From assembly GCA_035528155.1 (NCBI GenBank), contig DATKZA010000035.1, positions 5,840 through 69,839 of the forward strand: a stretch of DNA of 64,000 nt, given 5' to 3'. How positions within the stretch are numbered: the first letter of the stretch is position 1; every line of letters starts with the position of its first letter. Of the stretch, positions 20,362 to 28,105 are shown piece by piece. The notes under the pieces are model-generated. The model was not told where the DNA came from, did not search any database, and worked only from the letters and a program-made list of their open reading frames with translations. Made by a program: the position numbers and the translations under genes. This stretch comes from Patescibacteria group bacterium. GTDB taxonomy: Bacteria; Acidobacteriota; Aminicenantia; UBA2199.

Positions 20362-20907
20362 ATGGTTATGGAGACCATTGATTTCAGCGGCATCTCTTGC
20401 CAGGTGGTGCGCCGGAACCGGCGCCGGGGGGTGCGCATCGCTTTCCGCGCTGGCCGCCTGCAAATCGTCCTGCCCCGCAACCTGAATCCGCTGCCGATCA
20501 TGAACCGCCACAAGCAGTGGATATTGAAAAAGCACGAATGGTTCCGGCGGCAGCAACTCCTGGCCGAAGCATTGGAGCTCAGTCAGCGTTCGAACGAAGA
20601 ATTTTTAAGCTTGGTGCGGGACTTGAACGGGAGTTATGCCGGGGTTCTGGCGGCGCGGCCCTCGGGGATCGCTTTAAGAAAGATGAAAAGCAAGTGGGGG
20701 AGTTGCAATCCAAAGGGGAAGATCTGCCTGAACACCTGGCTGCAGGCCCTGCCTGACGAACTGATCGCCTTCGTGATATTTCATGAACTGGCCCATCTCA
20801 AGGTTCGCAACCACGGCCCCGAATTCAAGGCCCTGATCCGTTCCGCATTCCCCCATTACCGCGCCCTGGACAAAAAATTGCGGCTCTACGGCCTGAAAAT
20901 CCTTTAA
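20362..20907 (+). CDS. YgjP/DUF45-family metal-dependent hydrolase (SprT-like HExxH)
   Basis: C-terminal FHELAHLKVRNHGPEF zinc-binding motif characteristic of DUF45/YgjP. Confidence 0.7.
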   Translation: MVMETIDFSGISCQVVRRNRRRGVRIAFRAGRLQIVLPRNLNPLPIMNRHKQWILKKHEWFRRQQLLAEALELSQRSNEEFLSLVRDLNGSYAGVLAARPSGIALRKMKSKWGSCNPKGKICLNTWLQALPDELIAFVIFHELAHLKVRNHGPEFKALIRSAFPHYRALDKKLRLYGLKIL

Positions 20908-20932
20908 ATCAATACTTCAAAAAAAAGAAATA

Positions 20933-21895
20933 TTATGCCAAGAGTGTCCGAATCCAACCATCTAATAATGTATCATTTAAATAAAATGAGAATCCCAAAA
21001 CAAGTAATCCAATGAAAGAAAAACAAATGATGAGAAATAGAGAATAAAAAGTGAGTTTGAATTTTTTTCTTTTTAATAAAATAGTGGAAAACAAGAATAG
21101 GAAAAATAGACTTAAGATGAAGCCTATTAAAGCAAATTGTCCCCAAAGAAGACTTCCTAATGAAGAAAAAATAAAACAAAGAAAAAAAAGCCAGAAAATT
21201 TTCGGAAATTTTTTATGATAATATTTAAATAACAAAATCCATAAAGCGAATAAAAATACAACGTGCAATATTAACAACGGATAAGGAAAAAAATCCTGCA
21301 AATGAAAAATAATCCATTCGTTCATTTCGCTCAGTACGGGGATTTCTTTAATAATCATAACTCCAGTTAGCATATAAATCCAAAAATGACGAAAAAACCT
21401 GTGAGTTTTAGTTTCTGGAATGAATGGCTCGGTTAAGTCGGAAACGGATTTGCCTGGACCCAGAATTTCAAAATCTTCTTTGGCTTCATCGGAAAATTTG
21501 GTTCGATCGCAAAATGTCGAGGTCAAATGATCAAAAAAATTTCGATTTGCATAAACTAAATATGTTTGTCCAACAGTAAAGAAGTAAGCACAATTGGTTC
21601 TGTTCAAGCACAAAACAACAGAATTACCTTTTAATTCTCCTTTCCATACCCGGAATATGCGGAATTTGTAAGTCGGCCACACCAAACCCATCTCAGGGAA
21701 AAGCTTTGGCCATAAAGACTCAACTCGGCCTTCAAAAACGGCATCCGCTCTTAACAGCGCAATATCTGGTGATGGTGAACCGCATTTGCATGCATAAGCA
21801 ATTTCATTGGCTAAAATTAAAATTGAAAACAATAAAAAAAACAGGAATTTGAAATGAAAAGATTTTGAGAATATATTGCTTCCTAAATTTATCAT
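20933..21895 (-). CDS. secreted/membrane protein, paralog A: signal peptide (..IAYA|CKC..), Cys-containing NTR/TIMP-like N-domain, C-terminal ~5-6 TM region
   Basis: Sits in an AT-rich island. It is paralogous along its full length to the upstream gene, and its ATG overlaps that gene's stop (ATGA). An AxA signal-peptidase site is followed directly by Cys-x-Cys. The Cys spacing and the motifs SPSPDIALLRADAVFEGRVES, RVWKGEL, CAYFFTVGQTYLVYANR and TFCDRT match an NTR/TIMP-like module. Confidence 0.6.
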   Translation of the reverse strand: MINLGSNIFSKSFHFKFLFFLLFSILILANEIAYACKCGSPSPDIALLRADAVFEGRVESLWPKLFPEMGLVWPTYKFRIFRVWKGELKGNSVVLCLNRTNCAYFFTVGQTYLVYANRNFFDHLTSTFCDRTKFSDEAKEDFEILGPGKSVSDLTEPFIPETKTHRFFRHFWIYMLTGVMIIKEIPVLSEMNEWIIFHLQDFFPYPLLILHVVFLFALWILLFKYYHKKFPKIFWLFFLCFIFSSLGSLLWGQFALIGFILSLFFLFLFSTILLKRKKFKLTFYSLFLIICFSFIGLLVLGFSFYLNDTLLDGWIRTLLA

Positions 21896-22833
21896 GCCAA
21901 TAAAAAGTGAATCCAGCTGAATTTATCAAATGGGGAATGAACAAGATACCCAAAAACAAGTAATCCAAAAAAAATAAAAAATAAGCTAAAGGCAAGATAA
22001 TAAAATGCAAGCTTGAATTTTGCTTTTATAAAATGAAAAATGGAAAACAAAATTAAAATAAGCACATTCAAGCAAAAACCGATATACGGAGATCTGCTCC
22101 AAAAGAAATTTCCAACTACAGAAAAGAAAAAACATAGTAAAGAAAACAATAATATTGCAGGAAGTTTTTTATGGAAAATTATGAAAAATGAAACCCATAA
22201 ACCTAGAAAAAAAAGCAGATGCAATGCGAAAAGCGGATAGGCGAGGGGAGCACTTTCCCAAAAAAATTCAAATCCTTTAGATTCAATTAATTCATTTATT
22301 ATCATCAAACCTGACAGCATATAAATCGCAATGTGCCGGCAGAACCTGCGGATTTTGCTTTCCGGGATAAATGGAGTTGATAGATCAGAGATAAATTTGC
22401 TTTGTCCTAAAAGTTCCATGTCTTCTATAGCTTCATTGGCCTCGTTAGTTCTATCACAAATAGTGGAGTGCAATAGTTTTGAAAATTTATCTCGACTTGC
22501 ATAAACCAGATATGTTTGGCCGACACTAAAAAAATAATCACAATTGTTACCACTTGTTATGAGGTCAATGGTATTGCCCCGCAATTCCCCTTTCCATATT
22601 CGGAAAATATGGAATTTGAAAGTTTGCATCACAAAATTCGAAGCCCAGTAAGGGCGGACAAGTTTCGGCCAGACCGACTCGACCCGGCATTCAAAGACGG
22701 CATCCGCTCTGGAAAAAGCAACATCTGAAGGAGGTGTGATACATTTGCATGCATAAGCAATATCGCTGGCTAAAAATAAAAAAGAAATTAAAATAATGAT
22801 TAGAACTTTAAGTTGAAATGTTTTGCTTGGCAT
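21892..22833 (-). CDS. secreted/membrane protein, paralog B of the NTR/TIMP-like + polytopic membrane architecture
   Basis: Same architecture as paralog A (..IAYA|CKCITPPSDVAFSRADAVFECRVES.., ..NCDYFFSVGQTYLVYASR.., ..STICDRT..); SD GAGG 5 nt before the ATG. Confidence 0.6.
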   Translation of the reverse strand: MPSKTFQLKVLIIILISFLFLASDIAYACKCITPPSDVAFSRADAVFECRVESVWPKLVRPYWASNFVMQTFKFHIFRIWKGELRGNTIDLITSGNNCDYFFSVGQTYLVYASRDKFSKLLHSTICDRTNEANEAIEDMELLGQSKFISDLSTPFIPESKIRRFCRHIAIYMLSGLMIINELIESKGFEFFWESAPLAYPLFALHLLFFLGLWVSFFIIFHKKLPAILLFSLLCFFFSVVGNFFWSRSPYIGFCLNVLILILFSIFHFIKAKFKLAFYYLAFSLFFIFFGLLVFGYLVHSPFDKFSWIHFLLA

Positions 22834-22853
22834 ATTTCCTCAATAACTTTTCA

Positions 22854-24008
22854 TTAAAGGATCATATCGCTCCACAGCCGGTCGAGAAAATCCTGCCAGG
22901 GCAGGATGAGGATGCCGTCGGAGGTCAAGCGCGAGCGGGGATCCAGTGAGACCAGGTAGCAGCGGGCTTCGTGTTCCTGGCGGAAAGCCCGCAATCCCCT
23001 GAGGTGGTGGTCGCCAGCGGCCGTGGTCGACTTGATCTCCACGGCCACCTGGCCATCGCCCAGGACCAGGTCCACTTCCAATTGCGAGGCCGTCCGCCAA
23101 TAAGCGATGCCGGGATCGCGCTCCGAATAGGCCGCCCAGGCAAAAACCTCCATGACCAGGAAGTGCTCGAAGGCGCGGCCGAACAACTCGGATCCCGGCT
23201 GGACCGGTCCGCGGCGCGCAAGCCACGAAACGATGCCTGTGTCGAAAAAGAAAAATCTGGGGGCCTGGATGAGGCGGCGTTTCACCCTGCGGCGAAAGGC
23301 AGGAAGGAAGCGCCCGATCAGGGTGTTCTCCAGGATCTGGAAATACCCCTTGACGGTATGTGCGCTGACGCCGCAATCGCTGGCGATGTTCAAAAAATTG
23401 ATCATCTCGCCGTTGGATAGGGCCGCGACCTCCAGGAAACGACTGAAGGCGGGGATGTTGCGCGTTACGGCCTCGACGGCGATCTCCTCCTTCAGGTAAT
23501 CGCCGACATAGGCTTCCAGGAGTTTGCCAGGCTGCGCGCTCAAGTAGTGTCTGGGCAGCAATCCATGATTCAAAGCTTTCTGCAGAGAAAAATCGGGGAT
23601 CTCCGGGGAGGTCAGCGGCATAAGTTCATAGCGAATCGCCCTTCCTCCCAGCAGGTTGGCGTGGTTCCTTTTCAGCTTGCGGGGGCTGGATCCGCAGAGG
23701 ATGAATCGCAGGCCACGGTTTTCGATCAGCCAGTGGACCTCGTCGAGAAGGCCGGGGATCTTTTGCACTTCGTCAATGACGATCGGTTGTTTTTGGTTCG
23801 AGCCGTTCAACCCGCTCGCCTCACATTCCTGGCGCAGCCGTTCGGGATAAGTGACGAAACTGCGGTACAGGTCGGCCAGAAGAAGATCGTAATATTTGGC
23901 ATCCGGAAAGAGCGTTTTCAGCAGGGTGCTTTTTCCGGTTTGCCGCGGCCCCCACAAAAAACAGGATTCCTTTTCGCTTTGGCTCAGGACAAGTTTTCTT
24001 TTAAGCAT
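22854..24008 (-). CDS. AAA+ ATPase of the AAA_14/DUF4143 type
   Basis: Walker A GPRQTGKST, a Walker B-like IVIDEVQ, and a C-terminal DUF4143-like region. It ends 20 nt upstream of paralog B on the same strand. Confidence 0.8.
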   Translation of the reverse strand: MLKRKLVLSQSEKESCFLWGPRQTGKSTLLKTLFPDAKYYDLLLADLYRSFVTYPERLRQECEASGLNGSNQKQPIVIDEVQKIPGLLDEVHWLIENRGLRFILCGSSPRKLKRNHANLLGGRAIRYELMPLTSPEIPDFSLQKALNHGLLPRHYLSAQPGKLLEAYVGDYLKEEIAVEAVTRNIPAFSRFLEVAALSNGEMINFLNIASDCGVSAHTVKGYFQILENTLIGRFLPAFRRRVKRRLIQAPRFFFFDTGIVSWLARRGPVQPGSELFGRAFEHFLVMEVFAWAAYSERDPGIAYWRTASQLEVDLVLGDGQVAVEIKSTTAAGDHHLRGLRAFRQEHEARCYLVSLDPRSRLTSDGILILPWQDFLDRLWSDMIL

Positions 24009-24208
24009 GATATTTCTTAATGTGCTTCTATTTTATCATGATAGAATGCATCAATCCTTCCGATTATCATCATTGTTATTGTAATTCTGAAAAAATAAAA
24101 TGTCAAGGGACTAACGAATTATTTAATTTTGCTTTAAATTAGGAAAAGTATGAAAAAGGGACATATTGCAGCCTTCTATTTCTGAAAAGTATTTAGACCC
24201 CCGTCAGC

Positions 24209-24237
24209 TTGACAATATCCGGGTGAATCGTTATACT
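24209..24237 (+). promoter_or_regulatory. sigma70 promoter for ftsK (TTGACA - 17 nt - TATACT)
   Basis: Perfect -35, 17-nt spacer and a 5/6 -10 in the AT-rich divergent intergenic region. The -10 ends about 8 nt before the ftsK ATG. Confidence 0.45.
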
Positions 24238-24245
24238 TTTTGCCA

Positions 24246-26519
24246 ATGGCAAAGGTGAAAAAAGAGAATTTCAACGATAAAGAACTATCGCTTAAAAACG
24301 AAATCATCGGAATTTTGGCGCTTTTTTCTTCCTTCTTCCTGATTTTCAGCTTGTTCAGCTTCACGCCGTTGGACCCAAGTTTCTTCCATTCCGCCCAGGG
24401 CCGCGTCGTGCACAATTTCGGCGGCCGGGTGGGAGCGGAACTGGCGACGCTGCTGTTCAACCTGTTCGGCTTCGCCTCGCTGCTGTTCATCCTGATATTC
24501 CTGTTTTTGACCGCGTTTTTCCTTTTCAACCGCCGCATCGGCCGAGCGATCAGCAAGGGAATCGGTTTTTTCATCCTGCTGGTGGCGCTGGCGGCATTCC
24601 TGGCCAACGTCAAACCCATGATCGCCGTGGCCGGGCAGCCGGTCCATTCCGGCGGCATGGTCGGCCTGTTGCTGAACAATTTCTTCAGCGCCCAGATCAA
24701 GAGCGGCTTCGCGGCGGCGTTTTTCCTTTCGCTGCTGGGCATTTCCCTGGTGCTGATCGCCAAGATATCGATTAGAAATATTTTTGTATTCCTGGCGCGC
24801 CTCCTGAAAAAAGTGGCTGTCATTCTGGCGGTTTTTTTCCAAAGACGGCTGGAAAATATCCGCAAAAATCGCAACCGCAAAAAAGTCCAGCAAAAATACG
24901 ACGAGGCAGAAGGGAATTTTGTGTTCAAAGGCAGGCAACTGCTTAAGGAAAGAGAAAAAGAGGTTGTCTCGCGCCCGGAAAAGAGAAACCTGGTAAAAAA
25001 ACCCAGCAAATTTCCCGAAGAGACCGGGATCTTCCCGGAATTGGAGCAGGAGTTTCAGCCCGATGCCGAGTATCAGCCGCCCCCGTTGACCTACCTGGAT
25101 GCCCCCAGCCGAAAAAGCCAGATCGATATCGACGAACTGGAAGAAAAAAAATTGGAACTGTCGCAACGGCTGCAGGAATTCAAGATCAACGGCGAGATCG
25201 CCGAATACACTCCCGGGCCGGTCATTACCACCTTTGAATTCGTCCCCGATGTCGGCGTCAAGGTCAAGGACGTGTCCAGCCTGACCGAGGACCTGGCCCT
25301 GGTGGTCAAAGCCCAGTATGTCCGCATCGAGCGCATTTTGGGCAAAAAAGCCATTGGCATAGAGATTCCCAACAAGAAACGCGAAACCATTCACCTGCGT
25401 GAATTGCTGGAAACCGCGCAATATCAGCATTCCAGCTCGCCGCTGACCCTGGCCCTGGGAAAAACCGCCAGCGGCGATATATTCATATCCGACTTGAAGG
25501 AAATGCCCCATTTGCTGATCGCCGGCGCCACCGGCAGCGGCAAGAGCGTGGCCATTCATTCCATCATCCTTAGTGTTCTGTACAAATCCTCGCCCAAGAC
25601 CGTTAAATTCATCATGATCGACCCCAAGCGCATCGAACTGGCCATTTACAACTCCCTGCCGCACCTGCTCACCCCGGTGGTGGTCAATCCCAAACTGGCC
25701 AAGAACGCCCTGGACTGGGCGGTTTTTGAAATGGAGAACCGCTATAAAAAATTGGCCATGCTGCAGGTGCGCAACATCGAGCAGTACAACAAGAAGCTCG
25801 AAATGCTCATCCAATCCGAAGATGAGGACCTGGAGCAGCTGGATGACAAGGAGCCCATTCCCTACATCGTGATCATCATCGATGAACTGGCCGACCTGAT
25901 GATGGTCTCGGCCCGGGAGATCGAGGACGATATCCTGCGCTTGGCCCAGAAGGCCAGGGCCATCGGCATTCACCTGATCCTGGCCACCCAGCGGCCTTCC
26001 ATCGACGTCATCACCGGCAGCATTAAGAATAATTTTCCCTCACGCATCGCCTTGGCCGTTCCTTCAAAGTACGATTCGCGGACGATCATCGACCAGATCG
26101 GGGCGGAAAAACTCCTGGGCAACGGCGACATGCTCTTCCTGCCTCCCAAGACCGCGTCCCTGATCCGCCTCCATTCGGCTTACGTTTCGGAAGCGGAGAC
26201 CGTGCGCGTGGTTAATTTTCTGTCCAAGCAGGCCAAGCCCGAGTTCAACACCCAGATCATCAAGCATTCCACCAAAAAAGAAGCAGCAGGCGATGACCAG
26301 ATCATGGATGAATTGTTTTTCGACGCCGCGGAAACCATCATCAGCACCGGCCAGGCGTCCGCCTCCTACCTGCAGAGAAAAATGAGCGTGGGCTACGCCC
26401 GCGCCGGGCGGCTGATCGACCAGCTCCAGGAAAAAGGGGTCATCTCGCCGCCCAATAGCCGCAACCAGCGGGAGATCCTCATGACCATGGACGACCTGCA
26501 GAACGTCAACAAAGAGTAG
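24246..26519 (+). CDS. ftsK: DNA translocase FtsK/SpoIIIE
   Basis: N-terminal TM helices, a linker, then the FtsK motor (Walker A GATGSGKS, ..ATQRPS..) and a C-terminal gamma domain. The track ORF starts at a TTG 6 nt upstream. Confidence 0.9.
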   Translation: MAKVKKENFNDKELSLKNEIIGILALFSSFFLIFSLFSFTPLDPSFFHSAQGRVVHNFGGRVGAELATLLFNLFGFASLLFILIFLFLTAFFLFNRRIGRAISKGIGFFILLVALAAFLANVKPMIAVAGQPVHSGGMVGLLLNNFFSAQIKSGFAAAFFLSLLGISLVLIAKISIRNIFVFLARLLKKVAVILAVFFQRRLENIRKNRNRKKVQQKYDEAEGNFVFKGRQLLKEREKEVVSRPEKRNLVKKPSKFPEETGIFPELEQEFQPDAEYQPPPLTYLDAPSRKSQIDIDELEEKKLELSQRLQEFKINGEIAEYTPGPVITTFEFVPDVGVKVKDVSSLTEDLALVVKAQYVRIERILGKKAIGIEIPNKKRETIHLRELLETAQYQHSSSPLTLALGKTASGDIFISDLKEMPHLLIAGATGSGKSVAIHSIILSVLYKSSPKTVKFIMIDPKRIELAIYNSLPHLLTPVVVNPKLAKNALDWAVFEMENRYKKLAMLQVRNIEQYNKKLEMLIQSEDEDLEQLDDKEPIPYIVIIIDELADLMMVSAREIEDDILRLAQKARAIGIHLILATQRPSIDVITGSIKNNFPSRIALAVPSKYDSRTIIDQIGAEKLLGNGDMLFLPPKTASLIRLHSAYVSEAETVRVVNFLSKQAKPEFNTQIIKHSTKKEAAGDDQIMDELFFDAAETIISTGQASASYLQRKMSVGYARAGRLIDQLQEKGVISPPNSRNQREILMTMDDLQNVNKE

Positions 26520-26528
26520 GCGCGGCCT

Positions 26529-27596
26529 CTATTTTAAGAATTTAACCTGGAAGATAAAGTTCTGCAGGGAGAGGCGCGCCGACTCCTCGCCGCTGGTCTT
26601 GGACTCGTAATCCAGCTTGTAGATCAGCTTGAGCACTTCCTGGATCTTGAAGTCGGGGAAATTCCTGACCAGGGCGATGAATTTGTTCAGGATGAACTGC
26701 GGCTGCTGCAGCACGGTGCCGATGTCGGCAGTGGAGAAATGCTGCTTCATCAAAAATTTGGCCGTGTAGATCTTGTGGTAATAGGAGATCAGGGTGCCGA
26801 TGATGAAGCTCGGCTTGATACCGTTGATGAACAGGTACTTCAAGATGTCCAGGTAAACGGCGGCGTCTTCCTTTTCGATGGCCTCGGTCAGGTCCCAGAT
26901 GGAGTGGGAATTGATGCCGGTGATCAGCTCGTCCACGTCCTCGCTGTCGATGTTCATGCTCGGGGCGGCGGCCGCTTCCAGCTTGGGCAGCTGGTGGATA
27001 ATGGAGACGAAATCATCGGCCATGATCTCCTGGATCCTTTCGATGGCCCCGACCGTGATGGTGATCTTCCTTTCCTTCATGTACTGCTTGATGAAGTTCT
27101 TGATCTCCGCTGCACTGTTGCGGTCCAGATCGATGCAAACCGTGTGCGGCGAATCGAAATGTTCTTTCAATTTTTTGATCTTGTCTTTTTTCAACTGCTT
27201 GTAGTCGTCACGGCTCAGGTCCAGGGAGACGAACACGATCAGGGTTGTGTGCGGATTGGGTTTTTGCAGGTAATTGCCCACGGCTTTTTTGGCGGCCACG
27301 TTCAAGGCGATTTTTTTTTCTTCGCGGATGGCCACGGTGAGGATCTTCTGGGCGCTGATAAAAAAGTTGGAACTGTTGGCTTCGCTTATTATTTCTTCCC
27401 AGCTGTTCTCTTCTTCATTGTCGAAATAGTAGCGTCTGAAATTGAATTCGGTCCGGTTCTGGCCGAACACGCGGCTGATCTCGCCAATGACGTATTCGCC
27501 CAAAAATTCATTGAAGCCATAGAGCAAAATCAGGGGCGGGAATTTTTTTTCGGCCTGTATGCGGTTGATAAATCCGAAGAAAGTGGTTTCGGACAT
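26529..27596 (-). CDS. holA: DNA polymerase III delta subunit
   Basis: Length, the LILLYGFNEFL N-terminus, C-terminal helical domains (IWDLTEAI), and the conserved position downstream of lptE-leuS. Confidence 0.65.
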   Translation of the reverse strand: MSETTFFGFINRIQAEKKFPPLILLYGFNEFLGEYVIGEISRVFGQNRTEFNFRRYYFDNEEENSWEEIISEANSSNFFISAQKILTVAIREEKKIALNVAAKKAVGNYLQKPNPHTTLIVFVSLDLSRDDYKQLKKDKIKKLKEHFDSPHTVCIDLDRNSAAEIKNFIKQYMKERKITITVGAIERIQEIMADDFVSIIHQLPKLEAAAAPSMNIDSEDVDELITGINSHSIWDLTEAIEKEDAAVYLDILKYLFINGIKPSFIIGTLISYYHKIYTAKFLMKQHFSTADIGTVLQQPQFILNKFIALVRNFPDFKIQEVLKLIYKLDYESKTSGEESARLSLQNFIFQVKFLK

Positions 27597-28105
27597 CAGA
27601 AGTTTTCCAGGATGGAGGCGACGATACTGGCGGCGAATTTGGCCGCGATCTTTACCAGTGAGCCCGTTTCCTGGGAAAAGAAATCAGCGGAATCGGTTTC
27701 ATAGGTTTCACGAAAAGTCATGCCGCTGCCCTGGTAAAACAAGTCGTTTGTTTTCATGTCGATCAGGCGCACGTCGAGGCTGAGAAGCACTTCATAGAGA
27801 TTGGCCGTACCCGCTTCGGAATAGGAGATGGGGGTGGTATTAAAGGTGGTGATCTTGCCTTCGAGAACCAGGTCGGCCGTGATGTCGGAATCGGCCAGGC
27901 GCAGGCGGCTTCTCTTGATGAATTCGTCCCTGACCGCGAAGGTGATGAATTGCTCGACTTTTTGGCGCGAGGTCTGGTTTTTAAAATCCGGGATGGCGAT
28001 GGTCCGCGCCGCCAGCGGCAGGTTGCGTCCCCGCCCCGACAGTCGGTAGCCGCACTGCAGGTTCAGAATGGCAACAGCGAGCAGCAGCCAAACCGTGTGT
28101 TTCAT
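27596..28105 (-). CDS. lptE: LPS-assembly lipoprotein LptE-like (small lipoprotein)
   Basis: Internal start MKHTVWLLLAVAILNLQCGY has a lipobox-like LQC. Its ATG overlaps the leuS stop, and the leuS-lptE-holA order is widely conserved. The track ORF extends upstream in a different context. Confidence 0.55.
   Translation of the reverse strand: MKHTVWLLLAVAILNLQCGYRLSGRGRNLPLAARTIAIPDFKNQTSRQKVEQFITFAVRDEFIKRSRLRLADSDITADLVLEGKITTFNTTPISYSEAGTANLYEVLLSLDVRLIDMKTNDLFYQGSGMTFRETYETDSADFFSQETGSLVKIAAKFAASIVASILENF

Noticed and set aside
24285-25973. 562-aa minus-strand ORF antisense to ftsK
   Set aside because: Shadow ORF; ftsK on the plus strand is unambiguous.
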